Shown here piece by piece: positions 49,082 to 60,055 of a stretch of 64,000 bases of DNA. Position 1 is the stretch's first letter; the number at the start of each line of letters is the position of its first letter. This DNA comes from Paraphysomonas bandaiensis (lineage: Eukaryota; Protista; Chrysophyceae): assembly GCA_965644295.1 (NCBI GenBank), contig CBFFRP010000036.1, forward strand, positions 78,050 to 142,049, read 5' to 3'. Both the position numbers and the translations under genes were made by a program. The notes beneath the pieces are model-generated. The model made no database searches and was not told where the DNA came from. It saw nothing but the letters and a program-made list of their open reading frames with translations.

Positions 49082-50790
49082 CCGGGCTGCGTATCAATTA
49101 ATTGTCAATTATTGAAATTGCAACAATTGAAATTGGGACATCGATACATAATTGTAATTATAATTGACTCCAGCTTGCTTCACTTAATTGATATTAAAAA
49201 ACACCTTTTTATGCTAAAAGGTTGTTAAAAAACGGCATTTTTATTGAAAATCCATATTTAGGATAAAAATCGAAAATTGGTGAAAGACTATATAATATCC
49301 ATATAGGAGTATCTCACATTGTAATTCATTTACTTCATTAGCGATATGAGCGATAAACTGGTACCAGAAGTCATTGCACGAGTGTGCTTTGAGAAAATAA
49401 ATGATAATAACGAAGAGGTTGCAATAGAGCAGGGCTGCGTAACAATTAATTGAATTGCAATTAATTGTAATTGCAATTAAATTGCATGGAACATACGTAA
49501 TAATTGCAATTATAATTGCTCGCTGTAAGGTTGCAATTAAATTGCAATTAATTGGCAATTATTAACTATATAGTATAAGAGCATATATATAATATTAGAA
49601 TTAGAAGTTGCAAAACATTAACGACGATGGCCATTGATTGCCCTTAATGGCTATTACAATAGTGGGAAGGTTGGCCTCTCATTGTAACGTTTTCTTTACA
49701 TTAAGAAAGGTACTGTTTTTTTAACGGGCGATTATGTGTCTTTTCTCTTGATTTTGAGCTACAAAACTTAGTTCACTTAGTTCTGCTCGGTCCATAGTGT
49801 ATATGTAATGCTCAATACCCCTCTAGTTGAAGATATATATAGTGTGGCAATCATGTTCTTCCGATCTTGGATGCCTTACAGGACACTGCAGGGTTACATT
49901 GCACTACGAACTGGATGTGCAGCGCTATGGACATTCTACTACTGATTTTTGCAGACGAAAACCTGGATATTTAGAGTTTTGACCAAGTAAATATCATACT
50001 CTGTCAATAATATCATCATACTGTTGAAGATGCTATACGTGTTTGCAATGAGTAACCAAGTTAATTAGACAATAATTGGCACAATTAAATTGCAATTAAT
50101 TGCAATAATTGCAATTATAATTGCGCGAGCTATAACTAATAATTGCAATTTAATTTCAAAAAAACATTTGCAATTAAATTGCAATTAATTGTTACGCAGC
50201 CCTGCAATAGAGACTTGGCAATGCCGGGAGTGTCCTGAAGCAAAAGAAGGGTTATGGGTGGAGCAACCTGTTGCAGCATGCCATCAAACACGAGGGATGG
50301 AAAGAGAATGGTTTGGCTGCCCAGCAAGGTGGTGGTGCGATAGATAAATATGTCGAGCGTAAAGTATATCGCCTCAATCGTGGAATGCGTATCACTGGTT
50401 AGTGTGGGTGATAATGGTGGATGACCTTCCTTTTTCTTTTGTGGAGAAACCGTTGACACGAAAGGGCACCAAATGGAGTAATATATCGAGATCAACATTG
50501 ATGAAGTATATGGAAGCCTTGGACTTAGAGGTCGAAAGCAGGATCAAAGCAATGCTTCCAATGCATTTCGGTTTGATTGTTGATGGATGGAATTGCAGCA
50601 AGGAACATTACTTTGCTGTTTTTGCGACATGGACCGATGCCAATGAGGTACAGGAGGTGCTACTTTGCTGTAGTGTGCAAGATGAAGACTCGGACATGGA
50701 TTTCACTGCTGATTCACTAGAAGATTACTTATTCGATGAGCTGCAGCTGGTTGGATTTCCATGCAATTGAATTCATATCGGGTGATAATA
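49082..50790 (+). mobile_element. Decayed hAT-like DNA transposon, 5' half (left TIR plus disrupted transposase)
   Basis: TIR-like CCGGGCTGCGTATCAATT at 49082. ORF from ATG 49346 (MSDKLVPE..EVAIE) resumes after the MITE as TWQCREC..GYGWSNLLQH..H (BED finger) and WVIMVDDLPFSFVE..TR...IS..TL..YM...LP.HFGLIVDGW...HY, with frameshifts. Truncated at the solo LTR. Confidence 0.8.
49430..50204. mobile_element. Non-autonomous hAT element (MITE), 775 bp
   Basis: TIR CAGGGCTGCGTAACAATTAATTG at both ends, 8-bp TSD CAATAGAG (49422-49429 and 50205-50212), many subterminal AATTGC/GCAATT motifs. Confidence 0.93.
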
Positions 50791-50791
50791 C

Positions 50792-51076
50792 TGCCCCATA
50801 TTGACAGCGTAACTAATCACTGCGTGCGGCCCTCTAGTGGGTGCGGCTGAGTGCTGCGACCGCGCACCTCTACCTATGTACACATTGCTTAGTTCAGCAG
50901 TTCCCCACTCTGGGTTCTCACAGCATATTCAGCGCTGAATACCATGTGATAATGATGTAGCTAGTTGGGTTTAGTAGGTAGCTAGCAAATAACGTATGGG
51001 ACTTAAATCAAGTATTAGTTAGGTACCCACCCGGCCCCCACCCGGCTCTACCTAAGTACGCGCTCAGAATGGGGCA
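50792..51076. mobile_element. Probable solo LTR (TG...CA, 285 bp)
   Basis: Ends TGCCCCAT...ATGGGGCA (8-bp inverted termini). The first 64 bp recur at 58452-58515. No matching TSD on its own flanks. Confidence 0.6.
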
Positions 51077-51649
51077 TGTATGCTACTGGAATACTTAAAT
51101 TGCCCTGTTAGTAAGAAATATATGCCTGTAAAATGAACTCTTATACGATTTATTCTTATCGCTAACAGGTAATGCGTATATAGTTTGTAATGAATGTTGT
51201 TTCGTCAACAATACTCCGATGGTTACGACATACTTCTACAGAAGATTCACTACAACTACACGCCTACTTGAGTTACGTCACTCTGTGCTTTAGATAAACA
51301 TCTGTGAATTAAATAAATCAGGGCTAGGAAACAATATACTGTATATATATTGATTGGTGGACAAATAAATATATGAAAAATTTAGGAATTGTCGGAGTAC
51401 GCAAGCAAATAGTACGATATACGATAGATATTATAAATTGTTTTTACTATACAGCTGCACACTACACTGATTGGAGCCAAGTCCTACATTCATTCTCACG
51501 AAGCCTTAGACATTAGAGTATCATGGGATTAGTAAATTACCGACTCGAAATTGATCATTAATCTTAATATGAATATATGTATAGTGTATAGAGGTATAAA
51601 CGTATATAAACAACATACAACACAAGCAATATATAAAAAAACACGACTA

Positions 51650-52081
51650 AAGTCGGGGAGAGAACCCGTTAAGGAATAGTATTGTAGACGGAGGTTAACA
51701 AGAGAAGTCATCTGACCCAATAATGAGGGTAGAGGACCCGTTAAGGAATTGTGATATAGATAGAGATAACCAAGAGAAGTCATCTGACCCCCAATGATGA
51801 GGGGAGGTGCCGGTGAGAGAGTTGTCACCAATATTCAAATATGTCAGTGCAGTCATATCACCGATAGATGACGGGAGAAGGCCTGTGAATGAATTGTAAT
51901 AGAGACGGAAATCAACAAGAGAAGTCACTCGACCCAATGACGAGGGCAGGGTGCCAGTGAGAGAGGTGGAACCAAATTGCAAATATGTCAATGAAGTCAT
52001 ATCACCGATAGATGACGGGAGAGGGCCTGTGAATGAATTGAAATATATACGGAGATAAACTAGCGACGTCAGCTGGCCCAA
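51650..52081 (-). pseudogene. Frameshifted fragment of a plant-specific-type LRR gene (~6 x 24-aa repeats)
   Basis: GQLTSLVYLRIYFNSFTGPLPSSI-type repeats split between ORFs 51695-52081 and 51529-51831. No start, cap or TM visible. Confidence 0.75.
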
Positions 52082-52270
52082 AGATAAATGGGGTGATCCA
52101 GATTGTTATTTGCTACTGTAATACAGTTTATTATAAATGATGAAGTTAGTAGTGAGACTGGCTTATCACTGTTTGAGTTCACTTTTGGTACTGCCGCGAA
52201 ACCCTATTTTAAACTTCCAGATAATTGTGATATCTTAGAAGGTTCGGCAACTTATATTTCCAAATTTAAT
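52082..52270 (+). pseudogene. Fragment of Ty3/gypsy-type integrase
   Basis: IQFIINDEVSSETGLSLFEFTFG resembles the gypsy integrase +Q+A+N....S.TG.SPFEL.FG motif. Confidence 0.55.
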
Positions 52271-52273
52271 GTT

Positions 52274-52349
52274 TCAGCATTGAGTATAAGTTTACCTTCT
52301 GTTGTTAAGTTAATACTTCTCACTTCTCATATAATGTCAAACTTTGATA
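52274..52349 (+). repeat. Diverged fragment of the Copia-B LTR 3' end
   Basis: TCAGCATTGAGTATAAGTTTACCTTCTGTTGTTAAGTTAATACTTCTC(ACTTCTC)ATATAATGTCAAACTTTGATA aligns to about 26018-26085. Confidence 0.85.
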
Positions 52350-52610
52350 TAGTCTTCATTATATATCTGTTATCTCTTTGTCTGTTTCTATTTTATACCA
52401 ATTCACATTTATCATATCATTTGTCATAATATTATTCAATAGATCTTGATTTATAAAGGGCCATAATAATTGTATCAGTTTGAACATATATTACGTACAA
52501 GGATAAGCATATACACCAGAGAGCTCATAGTATAAAATAACCCAATAGCTGGTTAGTACGTTGGTACACAGTCCAATTAACTGAAAACTATTGCCAATAA
52601 ATTGAACACC

Positions 52611-52634
52611 AAAATTAATTGTTACGCAAGCGTG
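52611..52634. repeat. Degenerate right hAT TIR
   Basis: AATTAATTGTTACGCAAGCGTG vs the MITE right TIR AATTAATTGTTACGCAGCCCTG. Confidence 0.5.
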
Positions 52635-52727
52635 TAATTTACACCATCCAAATAACAGTTTCGGATAATTTACAACAGTTCAACATTCTAGTTGACAGAA
52701 TGTCGTTTGTCTATACCGGTATATCCT

Positions 52728-54425
52728 TCACGCCAGACTACGTACTAACTCATTCACCTTGTCCTGCATTTGTTCACGAGCACTCTCTATAGTTTCCACT
52801 GTAGTAACAGAGGCCATATCTATGAGTACCGGTTTCATGTCAACTACAGTCTCGCTATTATCGCTACTGCTGTCGAGCATAGGCATGAGCGCGACATGCC
52901 TCCACTCAATGTCTCTATGCACAAGTTTTTTTTCTGACAGACTATCGACTGCATTTGTAAGTGCCTTCTTCACTGTATATTCTTCTGACTCAGCCATATA
53001 GTCGACAAATTTCGTCGTCCAATCATTAAAGCGTTCATCGTCCAAAACTGAGCTCTCTTCGCCCCTTCCCCAATATGACATATCAAATTCAAAGACAATG
53101 TTGCCACCTCGTTCAATACAATGAAACACAAAAGGCATAATGAGAGAATGTGAGCCGACGATTTTGGTGATAAGTACATCTACTCCATAAGCAGCTTTCC
53201 ACATGTTGTACTCCCTCTTACAAACATCGGCACTGTAGAACTTCTTAAGTACAACTAAGTGGAAATCCTCAGTCAGTGCAAGGCAGACCTGGCCGTCTGC
53301 CCCTCCGTGAAACTGCCGCAACACTATCAAATGAGTTGGTTCTAGCTGAGGTAGCGTGAGACGAATATTCGGGTATGTGTTTAATACTACTTGCGAGATG
53401 TTGCTCCAATGCCATTTATCCGTACTCAGAATGGGATAAGCTCTCCGAGAGGAAAGGAGTGGTACCACACGATAGTGTGCCCTCATGGACTTCAATAAAA
53501 CGGAAGCAATCAACTTGAACAGCAGCGCGTCGTCCCAACTGTACTCTTTACTACAACTCAGAGATCGTTGCAAGGTGCTTTCCACAGGAAACTGCACGAT
53601 TGAATCTTCGAATTTTGGCGGGTGGAGGTCTTCTGAAGCGGCAAAAGCGTCAGTATCAGGAAACCAGACTACACGCCACTGGTCCAATGTGGTAACTATC
53701 CCGAATACTTCACATTGTCCATAAGAATTGCGTAGATTTGACATGTAGTCAAACATTTGTCCGAGCACATGTGAGTTGGACAGCTTTGAATTCCCAGGTT
53801 GTTTTACCTCGACAAGTGAAATAGGAACACCAGAACGTGACTTCACAACCCAAATGTCTGACCTAGACTCCATAGAACTATTTTCCATTTTATACATCAA
53901 TCGTGTCTGATAGTCCAGAACTACTTTCCTATCAATACCCAAGAGTGTCAATACATCTTGGAGAAGATTTCGTACATGAGCTTTAATCTGTGGCTCATTA
54001 GAATACACTATATTCTTTTGGTTTTCCAGTTTCTGAAGTTGCAACAAAAACATGCTTGTTGTTGATAGATTTTGCCCATCAATCGTATCAATAACATGAA
54101 AGTGTTTCTCTTGAAAATAATCTATAGAGTTATGTGAAGACGTGTGAGTGGCTAGAAAATTCTGTTGCCGAATTAATCTCAGGCCTATAAGTCCGTCCTC
54201 TAAAAGTTTCTGAATGGAACAAGCCCTATAATTTGCTAGCTCCTCATCCTTTCTTGCTTGCTCCTCATCCTTTCTTGCTAGCTCCTCATCTATTCTTGCT
54301 ATCTCCTCATCCTTTCTTGCTAGCTCCTCATCTATTCTTGCTATCTCCTCATCCTTTCTTGCTAGCATCTTCATTAATTGTAATCGAACACTATCGGGCA
54401 AGTTGGCATCATCTAAATCTTCCAT
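52728..54425 (-). CDS. Crinkler-like protein: heptad coiled coil + PD-(D/E)xK nuclease fold + kinase-like domain
   Basis: First in-frame ATG at 54425. ARKDEEL/I 21-bp repeats; RSDIWVV....PISLVEVKQP....LGQMFDYM..L.......FGIVTT..QWRVVW; kinase-like GGADG.V, VVLKK, HRDIEWRHV, LIDM. Confidence 0.75.
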   Translation of the reverse strand: MEDLDDANLPDSVRLQLMKMLARKDEEIARIDEELARKDEEIARIDEELARKDEEQARKDEELANYRACSIQKLLEDGLIGLRLIRQQNFLATHTSSHNSIDYFQEKHFHVIDTIDGQNLSTTSMFLLQLQKLENQKNIVYSNEPQIKAHVRNLLQDVLTLLGIDRKVVLDYQTRLMYKMENSSMESRSDIWVVKSRSGVPISLVEVKQPGNSKLSNSHVLGQMFDYMSNLRNSYGQCEVFGIVTTLDQWRVVWFPDTDAFAASEDLHPPKFEDSIVQFPVESTLQRSLSCSKEYSWDDALLFKLIASVLLKSMRAHYRVVPLLSSRRAYPILSTDKWHWSNISQVVLNTYPNIRLTLPQLEPTHLIVLRQFHGGADGQVCLALTEDFHLVVLKKFYSADVCKREYNMWKAAYGVDVLITKIVGSHSLIMPFVFHCIERGGNIVFEFDMSYWGRGEESSVLDDERFNDWTTKFVDYMAESEEYTVKKALTNAVDSLSEKKLVHRDIEWRHVALMPMLDSSSDNSETVVDMKPVLIDMASVTTVETIESAREQMQDKVNELVRSLA

Positions 54426-54840
54426 TATTACACTAATATGATCCAATTCTTAATTAAACTGAATTGCAAACAAACAAACAACGTAGACGGTAGAGCGTAA
54501 TAATGATTCAGTGTACAAGCAAATCTTCGAGTGGTGTGACTGTCAGATAGCTATGAGTGTAGATGGATGTACAGTACAGCCGAGATCTGAGATCGCTCTG
54601 GCCAAAAAATACAGGAAAAAAAATCGCGAAAAAGTACCTTTATGTTTAATTCCCTAACTTTTTCATTTTAGCAATCAAAATGCTGCGGTTTTAACACAAA
54701 ATAGTCCATTAAATGCTAAATATTTCGTTATATTGGACTTTATAGTGACCAGGTCTGCGTCGTGAGATACAGTATTCCAGTACTGTATAGGCATTCCAAA
54801 ATAAAAAACGTTGTTGTTGTTTTTTTGACTGACCCTGTTC

Positions 54841-55007
54841 ATACATATACATACATACATACATACATACATACATACATACATACATACATACATACAT
54901 ACATACATACATACATACATACATACATACATACATACATACATACATACATACATACATACATACATACATACATACATACATACATACATACATACAT
55001 ACATACA

Positions 55008-55037
<30 letters not shown>
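54841..55037. repeat. (ATAC)n microsatellite, ~200 bp
   Basis: Long near-perfect tetranucleotide run. Confidence 0.97.
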
Positions 55038-55038
<1 letters not shown>

Positions 55039-55077
55039 TAATACATACACACACCGTACAGTACAACAATAATTTTG

Positions 55078-58000
55078 TATGTATACCGACAACAGCATCG
55101 GAGGGGCAGCACCCACATCGGAGGGGCAACATCCGTAGTCCCGTTTTTCTGTTCTGTACGTGAATATTAGTATGATCGAATGGGGATGGCGGGCTCTTCA
55201 TATCTACACACCACATCCAAACAATAAGCATATCTTCATATTTAAACTATTCGGAACATACTCTTGTGTTGTTGTGCCCACTGTAGAAACTTAATTTCAT
55301 CGATTTTATGCTGTAATGATGCAGGAAGTTCACCCAAATATTGACCACAGTTTGGACCACACAATCCCATTATCATGAAGTGCTCGTTACAATCATACAT
55401 CCCTAGTGGATGAAGACTGTCCCCTGGATGATTTGTCATTAGATATATTTTGAAGGAGCTTCAGAAAGAGCTACCAGCGGATGATGCATACGACTAAAAG
55501 TGTTTACATGAAGCTCTTCTGCAGCAGTGCAGGGCAACTATGAAAGGAAGGATATATGCAAAGATATCCAAAGAGAATGGGGAAATGGAGGGAGAAACAA
55601 AACTAGGAGACAAGATTTGAAGATAGGTGGCATTGAATATATATCATTATGCTTTATCATGAAGACTTTAAAGCGAACTAGAATTTAAGGACATACATAC
55701 TTCCCTTGCAGTAAGTTGTAAGACGAAGTTGTTTGTGAGTATGGATTTCATGATATATACAACTAATGTGGTGTACGTTGTAGATCGCCGTAATGATATT
55801 GCATTTCGGTCAATAGTACATACTTAAATCATCGTATGCCTTATTTGCATAAACCATTTGATGTAACCTAAAACTGTAATGATGTATGTTATACTTTCCG
55901 TGTAGTAAGCTATTTATGCATGTATATTGCATGATGTAACAAGTGTAATGTATACTGTAGGCCGCTGCAATGATATTCGAATTTGTTTTTGTTAATTGCA
56001 CATACTCAAACCTTCGTATGTCACAACTATTTGTCTAACGTTATCTCGCAGCAGCAATTTCTAGCGAGCGTGTGCAAGCAAGCTAGGGACTATTTATTAT
56101 AGTTTACAGACAATCGTTTCAATATACTCATGCTAAGGTATAGCAAGTAGCTATGTAACGCTTGTAAAATGTTTATATGTGCGCGAATAATAAGACGAAG
56201 AGCCGTTGCATCTAACACTATTATAAAACGGGACAACCTCACTCCTGTACGTCATTTGTCTAAATTTTAAAGTCTAAAATTATTACTACCTGCCAAACTG
56301 TGTCTAGGTACAAGTAGGAAAAGGCTTGTTAAGCCCCTGATATAGTGGAGAAATTTTGCAAGGAGGAGGGGTGAGAAGAAAGAAATAATGCCGCAGCTTT
56401 GGCGAAACATGCGAAGGCGGCTTAGGCTCTGTTGGGAAGGTAATCAGAGAAGGACAGGTTTAATTCCTTATCTCCAGAGCAGTATAAGGCTGAGAAAGTG
56501 ACCAAGAAAAGAGTAGAAGCTGAAGCAATAAGACAGAAGTTTGAAGCAGTCGCTGGAGAATTAGCTGAAGCTCTTGTTTTCCTTGAAACATATCATCGTT
56601 GAAGAGTATCTGAGTTAAACGTTTATGAAGTATATTAGTTGAAACATGTTTTGTTTGAAAAGTGTTTCAGCTGTAACATGTCTTGTTTGAAAAGTGTTTT
56701 AGTTGTAACATGTCTTGTTTGAAAAATATTTTAGTTTTAACATGTTTTGTATGAACAAATGAGAAGTATTCTAGCTGAACCATGTTTTGTTTAAAAAGTG
56801 TGTTAAGTAGAAACGTACTAACCTTTTTTAAAAGTATCTGAATTGAAACAACTTTTGAAACATCTACACGATGTATGAAATAAATTGCCCAGGAATAGTA
56901 TGAGAAAAATTCCATGTACTTGCACGAAACAGATTGCTTACGAGGCCAGGCAGCAAGCAGTATAACCGTTTTTCGTCTTATTATTCGCGCACATATAAAC
57001 ATTTTACAAGCGTTACATAGCTACTTGCTATACCTTAGCATGAGTATATTGAAACGATTGTCTGTAAACTATAATAAATAGTCCCTAGCTTGCTTGCACA
57101 CGCTCGCTAGAAATTGCTGCTGCGAGATAACGTTAGACAAATAGTTGTGACATACGAAGGTTTGAGTATGTGCAATTAACAAAAACAAATTCGAATATCA
57201 TTGCAGCGGCCTACAGTATACATTACACTTGTTACATCATGCAATATACATGCATAAATAGCTTACTACACGGAAAGTATAACATACATCATTACAGTTT
57301 TAGGTTACATCAAATGGTTTATGCAAATAAGGCATACGATGATTTAAGTATGTACTATTGACCGAAATGCAATATCATTACGGCGATCTACAACGTACAC
57401 CACATTAGTTGTATATATCATGAAATCCATACTCACAAACAACTTCGTCTTACAACTTACTGCAAGGGAAGTATGTATGTCCTTAAATTCTAGTTCGCTT
57501 TAAAGTCTTCATGATAAAGCATAATGATATATATTCAATGCCACCTATCTTCAAATCTTGTCTCCTAGTTTTGTTTCTCCCTCCATTTCCCCATTCTCTT
57601 TGGATATCTTTGCATATATCCTTCCTTTCATAGTTGCCCTGCACTGCTGCAGAAGAGCTTCATGTAAACACTTTTAGTCGTATGCATCATCCGCTGGTAG
57701 CTCTTTCTGAAGCTCCTTCAAAATATATCTAATGACAAATCATCCAGGGGACAGTCTTCATCCACTAGGGATGTATGATTGTAACGAGCACTTCATGATA
57801 ATGGGATTGTGTGGTCCAAACTGTGGTCAATATTTGGGTGAACTTCCTGCATCATTACAGCATAAAATCGATGAAATTAAGTTTCTACAGTGGGCACAAC
57901 AACACAAGAGTATGTTCCGAATAGTTTAAATATGAAGATATGCTTATTGTTTGGATGTGGTGTGTAGATATGAAGAGCCCGCCATCCCCATTCGATCATA

Positions 58001-58093
58001 CTAATATTCACGTACAGAACAGAAAAACGGGACTACGGATGTTGCCCCTCCGATGTGGGTGCTGCCCCTCCGATGCTGTTGTCGGTATACATA
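55078..58093. mobile_element. Foldback-like structure: 1122-bp inverted arms (55078-56199 and 56972-58093) around a 772-bp spacer
   Basis: Mirror ORF pairs share coordinate sum 113171. Ends read TATA-CCGAC...GTCGG-TATA. Paired subterminal CATCGGAGGGGCA repeats. The inverted repeat is certain; its element status is inferred. Confidence 0.7.
56636..56803. repeat. ~32-bp degenerate tandem repeat, ~5 copies
   Basis: TAGTTGTAACATGTCTTGTTTGAAAAGTGTTT-like units inside the foldback spacer. Confidence 0.85.
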
Positions 58094-58451
58094 TACAGCT
58101 GTATGTGCGAATACAGTACAGTACAAGATGAGGCAGCAGTACAGTGCAATCGTATAGTATCTATATACGATCTTCACACTAGCTATAGAGGCTGTAGAGA
58201 ATTGCTTAGTATAGCATACAGAGGGCGATGAAGACGGTGAAGATATGCTAGGTAGCATTGAGAAGGAAGTAAAGGTGAAATGGGTTGGTATTTTAAGTGA
58301 ATGTTTCATATGAGGAGTAAGAGGACTGTATTAAGTATTAAGTTAAGTACAGTCACTGTAGTGGTTGTGCTGTAGGTGTTGTGTATATGCACAGGGATTG
58401 TACAGCTACAGGAGACAACCGAATACTCAGCGACAGAATGTATGCATGTAT

Positions 58452-58515
58452 TGCCCCATATTGACAGCGTAACTAATCACTGCGTGCGGCCCTCTAGTGG
58501 GTGCGGCTGAGTGCT
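58452..58515. repeat. Truncated copy of the 50792 putative LTR
   Basis: 64-bp exact match beginning TGCCCCATATTGACAGCG. Confidence 0.9.
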
Positions 58516-58569
58516 ACAACTACACTATGGTAATCATCAATGTGGCAATAATCAAGGAACTGTGAGAAC

Positions 58570-58955
58570 TACCTCAGAAAAAATGAGGACATCTTCGGAC
58601 CCGAAGTAAATAAATTTCTTGTTCTGTTAGACCAGTTAATTTTGGATTCCGCCTCTGAATTTGTTTATCAATTTCTGCCTTAGTTTTTTGCCAACACCTC
58701 ATTGTTTCATGGCCATCTGGTAGCATCTTCTTTTCCAGTATGTACTGATCAACAGTTTCGAGTGCTTCGGGTACACATGGACTGAATCTAGATTACATTC
58801 ATTTCCTGTATGATGATTTCTGCTTTCCTCATCAACCACGTCGTCATGCGCTTAGCCCAATTGGGCACTCCGAATTGTTGATCAAAGATCAGTAACCACT
58901 TCATGCCACTTTTGTTATAACTATCACTCGCTACTATGTTCGAATTTGACATTTG
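58570..58955 (-). pseudogene. Decayed Copia-B-related LTR end/PBS/gag fragment
   Basis: Minus strand reads ATGTCAAATTCGAACATAGTAGCG (cf. ATGTCAAACCTTGACATGGTAGCA), then FDQQFGVPNWAKRMTTWLMRK and PEALETVDQYILEKKMLPD..EVLA...KLINKFRG, aligning with Copia-B Gag. Confidence 0.85.
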
Positions 58956-58975
58956 ACATATACCCCTTCAATAAA

Positions 58976-59235
58976 GTCGGACTCGCATCTTTTCGTGGTG
59001 CTCTGGGGGATAAGTACTGGAAACATTTCTCCAGAAAAATTACGAGTCAGCAGATAATCTTCTGCCCATACATAGCCATATTCTTGTGTGGGACAATGGA
59101 CACTATATAAGTGTCACTTGTGTAGACATTTTTGGGCCTTGACGAATAAACAGGCATCCAAGAATAGACCCACCTCAAGGGCATCCGGGGTATTGGGCTG
59201 CCTGCTGAAGTCAAGCATCCGTAGCGTTAAATAGT
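58976..59235 (+). repeat. Dispersed decayed repeat, copy 3
   Basis: Aligns with 32024-32270 and 31457-31687. Confidence 0.7.
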
Positions 59236-60055
59236 GGGATGCCATAGTTAAGCACTGACTCTTGAACTCCTATAGCTAATAATAAGACATTCACTACTGC
59301 ATATCAGGATAAATCCTTCCAAGAAAGAATTCACTTTACAACATATATATTTATTTCATAAGTTTCACCTATGATGTGAACAAAAAGTAGTCCTATAATG
59401 TTTAATTATTAGTAATATATCAATATAGAATATAGCATTTGTTGTCTTCTCTTTTGAAATGGTATGATATTAACTCTTATAAACATTTACTTAAACACCA
59501 TAAAATCTCCTCGATTTTCCAATTCCCACACAATTGCAATATGTTTATCTCTTAGACAAACACGCACCATAAATTGAAATTATATCCTTTGTAACTATAT
59601 TCATGCTGTTTCATCTATTGCACATAAAAAATCATATCGTACAGCGGACTTAACATTGAACAGACAAAAATTCCAGTTATGATGAGAAGTTCTTAGGTCT
59701 TATCCTTTTAATCTCATCATACGGTCACTATATACCATGCTCTATGATATACATTTTGTACTGTAAGTGGTACCATTCTCATTGGAATCTTAATGACCAC
59801 TTTAGTATACAGTGGAAATCTAAACATACTTTAAGCTACCAAAGAATTATTACAAGAATGTGCAGTTTATGATATATATAACGGTATAACGCTCTTCTAA
59901 AGCATCAGGTGGGGGCTAGAAGTTTACTACATAGCAGCATAGTACTCTCTGGGCATCTGGTCACATCGAGTAAGATTCAAAGTTATAAGGCAACGGGATA
60001 TTAATTGACCACCACAACTTGTACTATACAGAACTTAGCTATTAGTTTTGTTTAT

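Noticed and set aside
54675-55231. MYVC/HTYI repeat ORFs (also 610-858 and 9002-9184)
   Set aside because: Translations of (TATG)n microsatellites.
55242-56001. Duplicated 63-65-aa ORFs in the foldback arms
   Set aside because: Short, no recognisable motifs; the duplication simply reflects the inverted repeat.
56636-56803. Possible CRISPR array
   Set aside because: Units are contiguous degenerate tandem repeats with no unique spacers, no cas genes, and a eukaryotic context.
55078-58093. Polinton or endogenous virophage suggested by the long TIRs
   Set aside because: No polB, integrase, ATPase or capsid ORFs, no 6-bp TSD, and far too short.
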